The notes below the pieces were generated by a model. It had not been told where the DNA came from. It was given only the letters and a program-made list of their open reading frames with translations, and searched no databases. A program made the position numbers and the translations under genes. Source: Phaeosaccion multiseriatum (Eukaryota; Protista; Ochrophyta, other classes). Taken from it: DNA of 64,000 bases. This document shows positions 36,911 to 61,017 of the stretch, in pieces; within the stretch, counting starts at the first letter, position 1, and the number at the start of each line of letters is the position of its first letter. The stretch lies in assembly GCA_965112735.1 (NCBI GenBank), contig OZ218950.1:62001-126000 (forward strand), in the 5' to 3' direction.

Positions 36911-39900
36911 ATGACTCCTGAGGGGGAGGAAGCAGCAGAAGGGGCACCGAGAGACGAGGAGGGGGTCATTGTAGGACCGGAGGTAGCAGTAGCAGCAGTA
37001 GCAAGAGCAGGACGAGCACGGAGGGAAGGAGGAGGGGGAAGAGAAGGTGGGCGAGACGAGAGCTCCTCCCAATCCTCCCACCCTGCTGAGCTCGCAGGTG
37101 GCGGCCTTCCTGATGAGGATCAGCAGCAGTGGCCGCAGGAGCCGCTGCAGGAGGAGAGACAGGAAGACGAAGGCGCGCCTCGGCTTCAGCACACACCTCA
37201 GCAGCTCTCAGTGCCTGCCGCCTGTGGACACGAGGACGATGACTTAAACGAGGGCAGTCCCTCAGACAGGTTCAGGCAACCCGTGTCTCCTCCGTCTCCT
37301 ATCTCGCCCGTTGGCGTCCGGATGTACCGGGACGACTCCTTGTCTCCTTCCCGAGAAAGGGCAGCAATGAGAGGGGTAGAAAGAGAGGGGAGGGATGGAA
37401 TTAAGAGCGATGGCGAGGACCCCGTTTCAGCTCCGCCTCACCTTCGGAGGACCAGCACCGGCCGAATACGATACTCCCACGATGATAGAAGCGGGGGGGG
37501 AGAAGAGGCGCGGAGAAGGAGGATGAGAAGGAGGAGGGTGGAGGCCAGAGAAGGCTCCAGCAACCAAGAGGAGGAAGAGAAGGGCGAGGGAAGCGAGGGA
37601 TGGGGGTCAGCACTACCGTCTTGTGAGAAACATAGCGGTGGTGGGAGCGGGATCAATCCCTACTGCTTCTCCGCCGCCTCTCCAAAGCCGCAACGCCGCC
37701 GCAAGGGCAAGCTTCATTCCGAGGATGGCTCCACATCTCAGGGAGAGGGAGAGAGGGTGGACTACGGCGGCGGCCACTCCGAGGGCGTGGAGGAGTTCCA
37801 GAGGCTGCAGCGGCTCCAGCAGGCGGAGGAGGGGCGGGAACTGAGGCTGTTACAGGAGGAGGCCCTGTCCCTGTTGAGGGCACGACAGCACCAGCAGCAA
37901 GGCCGAGCGGAGGCAGCAACAGCAGCAACAGCAGCAACACACCATCCTCACAGCCGCTCCTACAAGAATGCAGCCAAAAGCACCGGGGTAGGGAGTGGCA
38001 GGGGGGGTACGCTGCTGCCCTTTCCCTTTCCCAAGCACATCCTCGGCAGCCTGAGCACCAGCGCTAGCACGGGCAGCGTCAGCCCCTCCACCGCCGACGA
38101 GGAAAGTGAGGAAGAGCAGGAGGAGGACGAAGCGTCTCTGTCCCCAGCTCGACGCTATCTGCTGGCGAGCGAGAGGCGAGAGCGGTGGAACTCGCGCCAG
38201 AGCGACGCGGCCTCCCCTTCTCCTTCTCCTTCTCCACCTCCTCCTCCTGTTGTATCACCAACTGCTCCTGAATACGCTCCTGCTCAGGGGTATGGCCACA
38301 CCAAACAGCAAAAGCGCCGACCTCTCCCCTTCAGCCGCCCCCTGACACCTTTGTCTTCCCCCCGGACAACTTCGTCTTCCCCGCCTCCGACTCTGAGCTC
38401 CGTGCGAGGCTCCTCCACCAGAGGCCCCTTGTACAGTGGTGCGCGTGCTGGGGCCATGAGCGACGACGACGGGAGAGACACGAGGAGAGCGGACTTCTTT
38501 TCGCCCGAGCGAGAACCTGAGAGGGAAGGGAAGGGACGCGGCGAGGGGCGAGACGGGAGGAGCGGGAGGGGAGGACATGACGGCTACCGCTGGAGGGGGT
38601 GCAGGGAAGGGAGAGGAGAAGACGGGGGTGGGTCTCTCGAGAGGAGTCGAAGCAGCAGCGGCATAAGAAGCAGCAGCAAAAGTATCAGCGGCCATCGCCA
38701 AGCTGCGTGGGCGGTCGCAGAGCGAAGTCGCCGCTCCGACAGCTCCTCCTACCAGCATCAGCAGCAGCACCACAAGCCTATCCCTACCCTCTCCATCTCA
38801 AGCCCGGCCTCACCTGCCAGTGAGGACGGAGGGCGCTTTAGCTACGCCTTTGGCCCTTCTTCGCCGCCTCCCTCCCACGGCCCCTCCGCTCGAGCTGCCC
38901 CCTTCCTGGCCTCCTCCAGGGGGGCAATTCCCAGGGGGGGGCGAGGGGGAGGTCAAGAGCTTCTTCCGGACGGCGACGGTAGTCAATGGCAGTCGGGAGG
39001 AGAGGGAAGGGCGACGAAAGGGTACCGTCCACGCCGATTGGCCGTGCCAGAGACAGAGACGATGGAGCGTCAGCGCCGTCAGGGCCATCACGGGATGCAC
39101 TCACACGCACACTCACACTCACACTCACCCTCACCCTCACACTCATACTCACCCTCACGCACACACTCACATCCACTCTCACACTCCAGCGGCGCAAAGA
39201 GCGTAGTAAGGACCTTCAGGAGCGCCACTCAGGCTCAGGCTCGCCCTCGAGCGAATCATAATCATCCTCATCGCAGCAGCAGCGGCGGAGGCGGCGGCAG
39301 TTCTGGCAGTCTCGGCAGTTCCAGCGGTGGAGGAGGTGGGAAGAAGGTTAGCTGGGCCCGCCAGGGCCACACAGAGAGCACGGAGACTGTGGCAGGGGAG
39401 GTCGGGCAAACAGAGCCGCTTGGGCTGCAGAGGCGAGGGGGAGAGAGACTAAAGCAACGAGAGCAGCAGCAGTTGGTGATACAGCAGCAGCAGCGGCGCC
39501 AGCTGGCACAGCGGCACCGGAGAGCGGGACGGGTCCCGGAGCGTTCTTCGGAGTATTCTGCTTCTGCCTGTCAGGCGTGTGGGGGGTGTGAGGAGTGTGA
39601 TGAGTGGGACGGGCACACTTGTAATATTGGTTCGGCCCTCCACGCCTCTCCGGCACACAAGCTCAAGCCCAAGCCCAAGCACAAGGCCAACAAGGCCAAC
39701 GAGGGCATGTCTGGCGGCGGTGAGTGTGTAGCCCCCCCGGGCCTTGCGCGCACAGCCCCCCGGGAGCACCCCCGCTGGGGCTTGCGGCAGAGGCAAATAC
39801 AAAGGGGCGTTCGGGGGCGGCGTACAGGAGGACGGGTGGCTCCTGCTGTATCACCAACGGCAGGACTGCGCCCGAGGGAAGTGAGGGAGGTGACGGAGAA

Positions 39901-42900
39901 GGAAGCCTTGGCTGCGGCTGAGACGGTGGCGAGGGCGGCAGCAAAGGAGGCAGGGGCCCTCGCGGAGAGGAGGCGTGAGTGCGTGCGCCAGTTGCAGATC
40001 CGGCGGCGACTGCTGGTGGAGCGAGAGGCAAAACAGAGGCAGCGGCAGCGGCGGGCGCAGCAGGAACAGGAGCAGCTAACGATACAACAGGAGCAGCAGC
40101 AGCAGCAGCAAGAGAAGAAGCGGCGCCAGTCACTCCAAGCGAGGCGACCGAGACGGCAGAGGGTGCAGCAGCAGAAGGGGGAGGAAGCGCCGCGCCTGCC
40201 CTGGAGTAACAGCAAGAACAAGAACAAGAAGAAGAATGAGAAGCACCAGCAGCAGCCCACTGGGGAAAGGCTTACAAAAGGGCTCTCTCTGTTCTTCTTG
40301 GCGACGGCCTTCCTCACGGGGTTGTGCTTCATGCTCACCGTGCTGCTACCCACAGGGACCCTCCTGCTGCACAGGGGGGGGCTCGAGAGCGCCTACCTCG
40401 GCCTCACTGACGCCCTCATGTGGGAGGACATAGAGGGGGCAGGGGGCGTCACAAAGGGTGTCGACTCGGAGTCCTCCCCCAAGTGTCCCTTCCTGTTTTG
40501 GGCCAAGACCGACGTGCTGCAGCCGCTGGTGTCAGGACTGGAGAGGGCGCTGCTACCGCCGGACGAGCCCGTCTTGCTGCTGAGGAGGGAGCGGCGCCTA
40601 CGGGCCCAGCAGTTGATGATACAGCAGCAGCAGCAGCAGCAGCAGCAGTGGCGGCGGCGGCTTGACGACGAGAGCGAAGAAGGGGAGGCTGGAGCCTCAA
40701 TTGATGCCTCTGCTGATGCCTCTGCTGATACCTCTACTGCCTTCTACACAAGCACTCGGGCCACCCTTTGCCTCTCTCTGGCGGACGAGGACGACGTGGG
40801 CATGCTCGTCACAGACCGCCGCCTGAGAAGGGCCGTCGCCGACCAGCTATTGGGTATAGGAAACAGCAAGGGGGGGAACTCAACCTTCTCCTCAACCTCC
40901 TCGTCCTCTTCTCCTTCTTCTTCGTGGTCTTGGGCGAGTAGCGATAGCGAGAGAGAGCGGCTGTTACAGCGGCTGTCCTCGACTCGGGTGTTAGAGGGGG
41001 GCGGCGACAAGTGCCTTGAGTGGCACGGGGAGGCCTTTGTGGGGGACCAGCTGGACGTTCAAGTCCTCAACCTCGATGGCAGTGGATGGGGGAATGGGGG
41101 GATGGCAGTGGATGATGGGGCGGTGGCAGCGGACAGGACAGCGGCGGATGTGTCTGCGGAGCAAGTGGAGCGGATGTTCTATGAAATGGACGCCTTCCTC
41201 GGGAACATGACCAGCCTGCTGGGCCTGGGCATGCTAGCGGATGGCAGTGGATGGGTGGGGAATTCCTTCAACTTGACATTGGTGAGCTGCGGCTTCTTGG
41301 TGCTGTGGGAGAACGGGACGGATGCGAGTGGGATGATGGCAGTAGATGGGGAGGGAGAGGACTCCGAGACGGTGTATGTGGCCAGCGGGGAGACCGTCTA
41401 TGGGTACCATACCATCACTATCTTTGGTAGGGAGGTGGCTTGGCCGTGGCCGTGGGGGCTGTGGATCGCCTTCGCTTCACTCGTCATGTGCTGCGTGTGT
41501 CCGTGCTGCTTCTTCGCTGTCTGCAGAGGAAAGAGGGGGAGGAAAAGGGTGGGGGGCGAAGCAAGAAGAAGGGGCAGGGGATGGGGGTGGGGGAGGTCGA
41601 GAAGGTCGACGAGGTCGACTTTTAGTTTCGAAGAGGAGGGGGAGAGGGTGGAGGCAGACGAACTTCGACACTCACAAGGGCGGCGACAAGGCTCACGGGG
41701 TCCTCAGTACGGTATCGGGCAACTCGAATTTGACGATGTCGGAGTCGATATCGATATTGATGCCGCCACAACGGACTTCCACTCCAACTTCCGGGACGAC
41801 TTGCTCCCGGGGGGGGGCGAGGACGGAGAGGAGGAGGGGAAGGAGGTGAACAGGTTCGCACATCTCAATATGACTGTGGAGTACGCCGACATATTGAACA
41901 CCGGAGCGCCATCTGCGGGTGAGTAGAGTGCTGAGGACAGGGAGGGGGCGAGCGCAGCGCGGGGGGAGCGAGCCAGAAGGGTAGGAGGGTGGCATTGCCA
42001 TGTGCTTACAGGGGGCATTTCCACGGTGGTAATAGCAGCAGCAGTGGTAGGGAGAGGCGGAGATCAGAGGCATGATTACCTCAGGCCACAAGTCCGCCCC
42101 GCCCTCGTCATGCCCTTGTTTACGAGTGTCTGTGTCTGCCTTTTGGACTCCACCTCACGGGACGGCCCACCCCCCGCCCATCCACTGCCATCCCGCCCTC
42201 TCTCTCTCTCTTCCTCCGTCGCTCGCTCCTCGCAGCCTCGCACCTTTGCTCTCCACACCACGACTCGGAGACCTCTGTTCCTGTCTCTTCGGTTTCCGTC
42301 TCTCCTTACCCTCGGCGGCCGCGCAATACACCGGCCCTTGTGGGCGCTGCTGCTGCGGTAGGCTCGGCGGTGTCGCCCCATCATGATTGGATGGCACATG
42401 CTGATGCATATGACTCCGACCACGGCCATCACGAGGATCATCTCCCTCGGGGGCGGGAGACTGCCTCCCGGGGGACTGCCGGCAGAGGGACTGCCGGCAG
42501 AGGGACGGCGAGCAGAGGGCAGCAGCAGGGTCGGGGTCACGGACACGGTCAGGTACAGAGGCGGAGGAGCAGCGGTAGTAGCTTTGGCAGCCACGCCTCT
42601 ATGGAGCACCAACACGATCACCATCATGAGGACAGTGGAGAAGGAGACGGGCTGCACAGGGATGGTAGTGGACGGAGGGTAGACTTGGCCTGCAGCCGGA
42701 GGTTCAGCCACCTCAGCGACCATAGCGACCACAGCGAGCACAGCAGCCACAGCAAGAGGAGCGGACGGAGCAGAAGCTTCCACGATGAGCATGAGGACGA
42801 GAGGGGTGAGGGGAGGGAGTGGGAGCGGTACACACGAGGGGAGAAGGAGGAGGAGGAGGAGGAGGAGGAGGAGGAGGAGGAGGAGGAGGAGGAGGAGGAG

Positions 42901-43014
42901 GAGGAGGAGGAGGAGGAGGAGGTGGAGGAGCTCCAGAGTGTGTCCTATGGAGGCAGCGATGATCATGACGAGGATTTGGATGAAATTGTGGGCATTCATC
43001 TCGTCCAAGGGTAG
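36911..43014 (+). CDS. Very large low-complexity hypothetical protein with two predicted transmembrane segments
   Basis: 1671-aa ORF with hydrophobic GLSLFFLATAFLTGLCFMLTVLL and WGLWIAFASLVMCCVCPCCFFAVC. Probable intron 41920-42361 joins an in-frame His/Glu-rich last exon. Confidence 0.65.
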
Positions 43015-43541
43015 TGAGGGAGGAGGAGAAAGAGGAGGACGAGGAGGAGGAGGACGAGGAGGAGGAGAGAAAGAGAGGAGAGCTGGGAAGGGGAAGAGGA
43101 GACAAGAGAAGAGTAAGGGAGAGAAGGAGAGGAGCGGAGAGGAGGGGAGCAGGAGGGGGCAGGCATACGGGCAGGGGAGGGGAGAGCAAGAAAGGCTCTC
43201 CGGTGCGATGGACGCACACCGCACACGCGGCAAGGAAGGAAGGGCTGACACCAAGTACTGACAGACGCACTGACGCCAAGTACTATCTGGCTGATAGCTA
43301 CAAGGGTAGGACAAACTGTTATGTGTATCTAGGACGAAGTGGCTGAAACCAACGGGTTTGCCGTGCATTGCCGCGCCTCATGCCCAGTTTCAAGTTCAGG
43401 TTATTAGACCACATGCAATACCAATAAACGTCGACATCAATGTCGAATGCTCCTGCACCCAACACGAACAAGTGCTGTCCATCCAGCCAGCCAGCTAACC
43501 TTCCACTGCCATCCCTTCCTCCATCCACTGCCATCTATCCC

Positions 43542-54023
<10,482 letters not shown>

Positions 54024-54610
54024 TCCACCCCAGAGCCCTCGTTCCGGCCCCTCTGCTTCAGATCCTGCTCCAGCGCTTCACAGGGAGAGGCCTGTCTACG
54101 CTCGCAGCTTCAGCTGAGATCCCTTGATCTGCTCTAACCCCTTCATTACAGCCACAGCAACCGCAGGTCAGCCATTCTCAAGGAGTATCTATACTATTAT
54201 GAAGTCAGTTCCCCCTTCGGTAGGCAAAGAGGAAAAAAGGGAAAAAAGAGAGGGGGGGAAAGAGATCGAAGCCAACGGCGAGGATGGCACTCCATGGCGG
54301 ATGGCAGTCGATGGCAACTGTTGAATTATCGAATCACATGAAAGAAAAGGGAGCGAACTGTGAAGAATTTCTACTGCCAAAATTTGCATCATCATTAATT
54401 GTGACTTGCTTTGGAGCAAGCACAGTGGCAGCTATTCCCTGTCTCTCTTGTGTGCTTAGTACATGACGGGCAGGGCGCGAGGAAGAAGGAGAGTAAAGGA
54501 GAGAAGCGAAGAAATGAGTGCTTGTTTTTAGTTGCGCCGATCTTCCCTCAGACCAAGTTAGGGCGACTTCACGCCCTGGCGCCTGGTAGAGCTGCTATGT
54601 GAGGATATCC

Positions 54611-57166
54611 ATGAGGCGACCTTCGCACGGTCACATTGTGCACGCTTTCCGAGGCCTGAGGGAGGAAACTTGGGCCATTCAAGGCTGGCCCGTGATGGAC
54701 CAATTCTTCCGAGGGCTGTCTCAGACGGTGGAGTACTTCGCGGTGGGCACGGTCTCCAACGCTTGTGCCGTGGTCGAGGGAGTTCTGTGGGTCAGCCATG
54801 GCGCGGTGCACTGGGTCAACTCCCTCCTCTTCCGCCCTGCCACTCCCACCCCTGGTCGATCCCCTTCGAGAGATCCAAGGAGGCAGCAGGGCGAAGAGGT
54901 GGTCGCAAGGAAGGCAACGCGAGCGCAGCAACTAGAGGAGAAAGGCGGAGGGGGTGAGGGGGAGCAGCGAAGCGGCAGGGCAGGTTCCGAGGGAGAGGGC
55001 GGTTACACTTGGGAGGAGGTGCCGAGGGAGGACCAAGTCGCCACGTGCGGCGAGGACAACGCTCTCCACGGGCCCCACCAGGAGGATGAGGATGGTAGAG
55101 GCATTGTTAGAGGCATTGTTGCGCCAAGCGGGGGTGGAGAGGACAGTACTGCTGCGAAGGCGAAGGGGGTCATCTTGCTGCCTGGAAGCGGCGCAGACAA
55201 GGCGAAGAAGGGTGTTGCCTTCCTCCCTGGTGACGGACAAGGCGACTCGGACGGGGAAGATGTGGCCCCCTCTCCTCCCTGCCCACTCCACAAGAGGGCC
55301 TCGACGTTCGCGTCCAGCTTTTATGTGTCTGACTACGACGACGAGGAGGAGGGTAGCGAGGAGGCGAAGCTTGGTCAGGGTGGGTACGAGCAGGCTGAGG
55401 AGGAAGACGACGAAGACGACCATGAACTTCACAACCTCATCGTGCATCTTATGGAGTCGCGTCGGCAACGGTTGCAGCAGCAGCAGGAGGGAGGAGAAGT
55501 GAAGGCGGAGGAGGACGACCAGGGCCAGACGGAGCAGCCGCAGCATGACCCGGGGCAACCGGAGGAGCGCGTCTTCGCTGCAGTGGCGATTGGAGCGGCA
55601 AGCCCGACTCCCTCTTCGCCCTCCTCTTCCAGGAAGAGGGACTATCGAGAGAAGCGGAGGGACATCCAAAGGAAGATGTTGCAGTTGGCGCGTGAAGAGG
55701 GACTCAAGAGGAAGGCCGAGGAGGAGGAAGAGGAGAAGGAGAAGGCGCGGATGATGGCGCTGCAGGGAGTTGAGGAGGGAGAGGAGGGCAAGGCGGAGGA
55801 GAAGCAGGAGAGAGAGGATGGCATGGTGGAGAAGAAGGGGGAGGGAGAGGACGGCAAGGCGGTGGCATTGAATAGCGAGGGGGTGAGCACGCCTGTCAAT
55901 GGCAAGGAGGCGCCTCAGCCACACACCCCTGCCGCTGGGAGGCAGGCTGCGAGACCGACTAGCAGAGGAGGCGCGTCGAGCAGGGGGGGAGGAGGGACCC
56001 CTCCCACGCCAGTGCCGCCGGCAGGGAGTGGTATTGCTCGTGCCAAGACCAGCAGCGGCATTGCTCGTGTCAAGGCCAGCAGCCCTTCCTCTCCAGCAGC
56101 AGCGGCGGCGGCAGCGGCAGCGGCAGGCGGGGCGAGGAGCAGGAGCAGCGCCACTTCATCCGGGGGGTTGCGTAGTAGCCCCGCTTCTCCCCGGGGGGTG
56201 CGTAGTCCGACTCCAGCGAAGCTTACCGTAACGGTGCCGAGCACCAGCACCACGGGCACCAGCAGCAGCAGCGCCAGCAGGGGCATCAGCCGGACCAACA
56301 GCAGTACCAGCGTCAGCAGCATCACCAGCACCAGAAGCGCCCCTTCTCCCCGCGGTAGCAGCGGTAGCAGCAAGGCCCCCTCTTCTCCACGTGTCAGCAG
56401 CAGTAGCAGCAGGAACCCCCATTCTCCCCGGGCTAACAGCAGCACGAGCGTCAGCAGCATCACGAGCATCAGAAGCGCCCCTTCTCCCCGGGGCGTGCGT
56501 CCGGGTGCAGCGAAGCTTACCGCAACGGAGCCACGCACAAGCACGAGGACCACCACAGGCACCAGTAGCAGCAGCGGCGCCAGCAGGGGCATCAGCCGGA
56601 CCAACAGCAGCACCAGCGTCAGCAGCATCACCAGCACCAGAAGCGCCCCTTCTCCCCGGGCCAGCAGCGGTAGCAGCAAGGCCCCCTCTTCTCCACGTGT
56701 CAGCAGCAGTAGCAGCAGGAACCCCCCTTCTCCCCGGGCCAGCTGCAGCAGCAGCAGTAAGCCTGCCCCTCCTTCTCCCCGCACTCCAAAGGGAGCGAAG
56801 TTCAACGCAGCAGCGGTGCCGCTGAGCATCGGCCTGAGGAGGAGCAGCAGCACAAGGAGCATCCGAAGCGGTGTCAGCAGCATCAGTAGCGGCAGCACCA
56901 CTGCCAGCACTAACCCCCAAGCTTGTGACAAGGAGGCGCGAGAGGGTAAGGCCAAAAGCAAGTCCCCGCAACGGCCGAGTAGAGCGAGCGCACTCCTGGC
57001 AGCCTCACTCGAGCGAAGCGGCAGCAGCAGGAGCATCAGCAGCATCCGCAGCACCCCAACCATCTCCACCACCTCCCCTCCTTCCGCCGGCAGGAGTTCG
57101 AGAGTGTCGCCGCGGTCGAGCAGACTTGCCGCTGGTGCTACTTCGGTGTCCCCGCGCTGGAAGTGA
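54611..57166 (+). CDS. Single-exon hypothetical protein, acidic middle and Ser/Arg/Pro-rich repetitive C-terminus
   Basis: ~850-aa open frame with codon-like composition; no recognisable domain; start could be 54695. Confidence 0.6.
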   Translation: MRRPSHGHIVHAFRGLREETWAIQGWPVMDQFFRGLSQTVEYFAVGTVSNACAVVEGVLWVSHGAVHWVNSLLFRPATPTPGRSPSRDPRRQQGEEVVARKATRAQQLEEKGGGGEGEQRSGRAGSEGEGGYTWEEVPREDQVATCGEDNALHGPHQEDEDGRGIVRGIVAPSGGGEDSTAAKAKGVILLPGSGADKAKKGVAFLPGDGQGDSDGEDVAPSPPCPLHKRASTFASSFYVSDYDDEEEGSEEAKLGQGGYEQAEEEDDEDDHELHNLIVHLMESRRQRLQQQQEGGEVKAEEDDQGQTEQPQHDPGQPEERVFAAVAIGAASPTPSSPSSSRKRDYREKRRDIQRKMLQLAREEGLKRKAEEEEEEKEKARMMALQGVEEGEEGKAEEKQEREDGMVEKKGEGEDGKAVALNSEGVSTPVNGKEAPQPHTPAAGRQAARPTSRGGASSRGGGGTPPTPVPPAGSGIARAKTSSGIARVKASSPSSPAAAAAAAAAAGGARSRSSATSSGGLRSSPASPRGVRSPTPAKLTVTVPSTSTTGTSSSSASRGISRTNSSTSVSSITSTRSAPSPRGSSGSSKAPSSPRVSSSSSRNPHSPRANSSTSVSSITSIRSAPSPRGVRPGAAKLTATEPRTSTRTTTGTSSSSGASRGISRTNSSTSVSSITSTRSAPSPRASSGSSKAPSSPRVSSSSSRNPPSPRASCSSSSKPAPPSPRTPKGAKFNAAAVPLSIGLRRSSSTRSIRSGVSSISSGSTTASTNPQACDKEAREGKAKSKSPQRPSRASALLAASLERSGSSRSISSIRSTPTISTTSPPSAGRSSRVSPRSSRLAAGATSVSPRWK

Positions 57167-57624
57167 GCTTAGCTGAAGAACAACTGAGCTTAGGGAAGAA
57201 GAACTAGCTTAGAAGAGAGGTGAGGTGAGGCCAGCAAGGGCCACACGGCAAGTGCTCATGTGGCCCAAGCCCAAGCAGGCTCCCAAGCAGGGGGTCCCGA
57301 CCTCGCTCTGTTCGCAAATAGGAAATGCATCATTTATTTTCATTTTAGAAGTTCTTATTATAGACTAGAGAGGTGGAGAGAGGGGGAAGCACAGCAGCAC
57401 CAGTTGGCCCCCCTTTGTTCGAACCCATCCGTTCACACCACCGCCACGAAGCCCCGCTGTGTAAAAATGGGGCTTCCTTCACCCTTTTTCCTTTATATAT
57501 ATATATGTCTTATACATGTTATATATGATTATATGCATACATATGTATATATGTATAAGACACATAAATTCATACAGATATATTGAATATATACATTTGA
57601 ATATTTGAACACCCCTGTGAGGCA

Positions 57625-59118
57625 CTATTTGAACACCCCTCTGAGGCAGTCCCTCACCACCGCTCTCAGTTCCGGCACGCCCTCTGCCGACCGCACGGCC
57701 CGCTCAACGAGCACATGCTTGGCGAAAGAGCCCGGGTGGGCAAAGCGGACAGACCGGCCGTGGCCACTCTTGCCAAGCATCCTGACGGGGAAGAGGAGGA
57801 GGAGGAGGAGGAGGAGGAGGAGGAGGAGGAGGAGGAGGAGGAGGAGGAGGAGGAGGGAGAGCAATTTAAGAATAAGAGTTTTGCTACAAAGAGGGGGGGG
57901 AGCAAAGACGTTTTCAGCGACTTGAGATTGGCTGCATGGGGCAAGTCTCTCTCTCTCTCTAGCTGCATGGGGCAAGTCTCTCTCTCTCTCTTGGGGGGAC
58001 TGACGGGCTGGGCACTCACCACAAAATGTGAGCCTTGGCAACGCTGAGAGCAATGCCTCCCGTCCCTCCACCCTCCTCCTCCTCCTCCTCCTCCTGCTGC
58101 TGCTGCTGCTGCTGCTGCTCCTCCTCCCCTGCAGGGCGGGGCCGGTTTCCGTGGCGACACTTGCTGAAAAGATCGAGATACTCTTCTGCCAAGGCGCACA
58201 TGTCCGTCTGCCTGGCACCCCTCCCCTCGGCGCCCTCCTCCACAGAGCCCTCGTCGAACAGGGCGGGGTTCTCGAGCAGCCCCTCTGCGCTCATGACTCC
58301 GTCGGCCTCTGTGACCGTGAGCGCGTGGAGGACGTCTGCCCTGCATGAAATGTTCCCGTTGGACACCACCGGTATGCCTCCATCCAGGGCCTGCTTCACT
58401 TCCCTGATGCTCGCCAAACTCGCGGCGCCCCTCCTTCGCTGCCGTTGCGACCCCCTCTTCCGCCCATGCACCGCGAGCACTTTACAGCCGGCCTGCTCCA
58501 ATCCCAGTGCAAACGCCACGGTGTGCTTCTCGTCTTCACAGAGGCGGATTTTGCACAAGATGGGCACTTTCACGGCCTCCGTCATGGCTCTCACCATGGC
58601 GAATACGGTTGGCCAGTGCTGCTTGTCGAGCAAGTAGGCCCCATACCTGTGGACAGTCAGTCCAACGTGAGTGGCCCAGCCCAACAAAAAAGGAGGAACG
58701 GTGGTCTGTGTTTCTCACTATCCTCTTCCAAGCCGGTGGTCGCTACAGACAGTGCACAGGCAAGCTAAATAGATACAAGGCTGGCTGTTGGGCTAGCTCT
58801 GTGGTGCTGCTGCCTCATCTGTGCGTCAAGTCCGTTTGTGGAGGTCGAGCTTTGACTTTCCACAGCCCCAAAGCTTACCCTTCGTCCTGCGCTCTCTTCT
58901 GTGGGCACCCCAGGTTGATGCAGATACCGTCCAAACAGCCGCGGAGATGCCGCACGAGGACGACTGCCGCTGAGCGCATCACGTCGGGGCAGCTGCCCGC
59001 GAGTTGCACGACAAGCGGCCTGGCGGTGGGGTTGTGGGGTTGGGGAATGGGAGAGCACGAGCATGCGTGTGTGAGTGTGTGTGTGAATGTGTGTGTGTGC
59101 GAGTGTGTGTGTGTGTGA

Positions 59119-59151
<33 letters not shown>

Positions 59152-59425
59152 TGTCTGTGTGTTTTGGAGGACACCCTGGGAGGAATGGAAGAGATGAGAG
59201 CTTGGCAGTCTTTTCGAACCTGTCTTCGGGGCAGGTGTGGAGCACGTCTGTCAGGTAGCTCTCTCCCTCGCTCGCGATTCTCTCTCCCATGAGCATCTCA
59301 GTGTAGGCACAAGAGGCTCCGTGCTTCCGGACAAGCAAGCGAAAGGGAAGATCGGAGAGCCCCACCATCGGGGCTGACACCCTCCTAACCATTTTGCGGT
59401 GCCGCTCCCCCTCCCCCTCAGCCAT
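57625..59425 (-). CDS. tRNA-dihydrouridine synthase (DUS1-like), 4 exons
   Basis: APMVGLSDLPFRLLVRKHGA...YTEM, DRPLVVQLAG, INLGCPQKRA, YGAYLL, KVPILCKIRL, LAVHGR, IPVVSNGNI, ADGVMSAEGLLENPALF. Confidence 0.9.
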
Positions 59426-61017
59426 ATTCTGGGAGATTCTCAGTAGTACGTTGTTGCCCCTTTTTTTTAGGGGGGGGAAACCGGGCACTCGCTGGCAAAA
59501 TAGGGCCCAGGCCGGACCTTGGCAGGGCCCAAAAGGCCCAAACCTGGCCCCTTGCTGGGCACACAAGCTTCCAAACCAGCAACACTGGCACGACTTTCCT
59601 TTTTTTCGCAGGCCGCTTCCTGTTAAAAAGAAGCTTTTACTCTTAGGCAGTCCCGAGGGGCCCTCTTTTTTCCCTAGGCGCGCGGCGTTCAAACACGCCT
59701 AGCAGTAGAAGGGGAACCGAGGTTGAACCTGAACAGAAGAGACTGCCACGCACAGCATCACACACCTCGACGAAGGTCGACCCCTGGACGTGTTGGGGGC
59801 AGCAGCGGTCCGAGTCTTTGCGGTGAGTCAGGTGAAAAAACTTTACGTCCAGTTCAAACCCGCCTCTGGCCGGGCATGCTGGGCAGAGGGGGGTGTAGGA
59901 GCGGAGAAGAGACAAGGAGGGGAGGAGCAGGGGCGAAGATGCGATGATAGATGTTCTGCCCGTCTGTGTCTTCCCTCTGTGCGGTGATTCGCTCCCTGGT
60001 GGCCGTGGACAAGAGGCAGACGAAACGGAGGATTTAAAAAAAAAAAACGAGGGAGGTAGCGATAGGGGAGCGGCGAGCGAGGGAGGCAGCGCGGGGGGGG
60101 GGGGGGGCGGGGAGGACCTGAGGGACAAGTGCTCGAGGTCCGCCACTGTCAAAATCTCTTCTCGTGTCGCAGTACTGACTAGTGGGGGGGGGCATTCGAT
60201 GATTCATGCCCGGCCGGAAGGTGAACTTGGGCATCCAGAGAACACCGGAGTGTACAGGGATGTCGGGGTGGGGGGGGGGCTTGCGTTGAGGATTAGTAGA
60301 TGATGGAGGGGATGCGTCCTTTGTGCGGTCGTTGCGGTGAGGGGTGCTTGTTATTTGCTGCTGCTGCTGGTGGTGTTCCGCGTTTCGCGCATACTGTACC
60401 CATGACCGGCAGCAGCAGTAGCCGCGGCAGACGTACCAGCAACAAGTATGTGCCTGAGGGTTTCGAGGACACACCTGGCCCCAGTTGCGTGCCCCGTCTT
60501 GCATGACAGCAGCATTGCGTCGCAGCGGCTGTAGTGCATTGCTGACCGACGGTCGGTGTTTAGTGGTTGGTGAGGAGGGGGCAGAGCGAACGAGCGTACG
60601 CGGGGGTTGAGGGACGGTAGAGCAGAGGAAAGCCGTGTTCGTGGGCTCAATGCTGCTCTCTTGACGAGGGGGGCATGAAAGTTCCGGACGGAATCGTCCA
60701 TTCATGTATCCCTCCCCCTCAACCCTCCTCTGCATGCCTGTTTCTCCTCTCTCTTCTCCCTCCCCTGTGCAGGACCAAGCACAGACAGACAGTCAGCACC
60801 GGTGCTGCGTGCCGCAGCCCGGAGGGGACCGTAGAGGTGGACCGCCCAAGAGACAAGGCGCGAGTAGCGCTGCGGAGCGTGACAAGATATGGACTCGTCA
60901 GGCACTCTCCTTCTGCAGACCCCTCCAACCTCCCCCAGCCCGCTTCGGCGTGCCCCTCGCGCAGTCAATAATGCGCATAACCCATGGCCCACAACCAAGC
61001 GCGCGAGGAGGGAGTCC

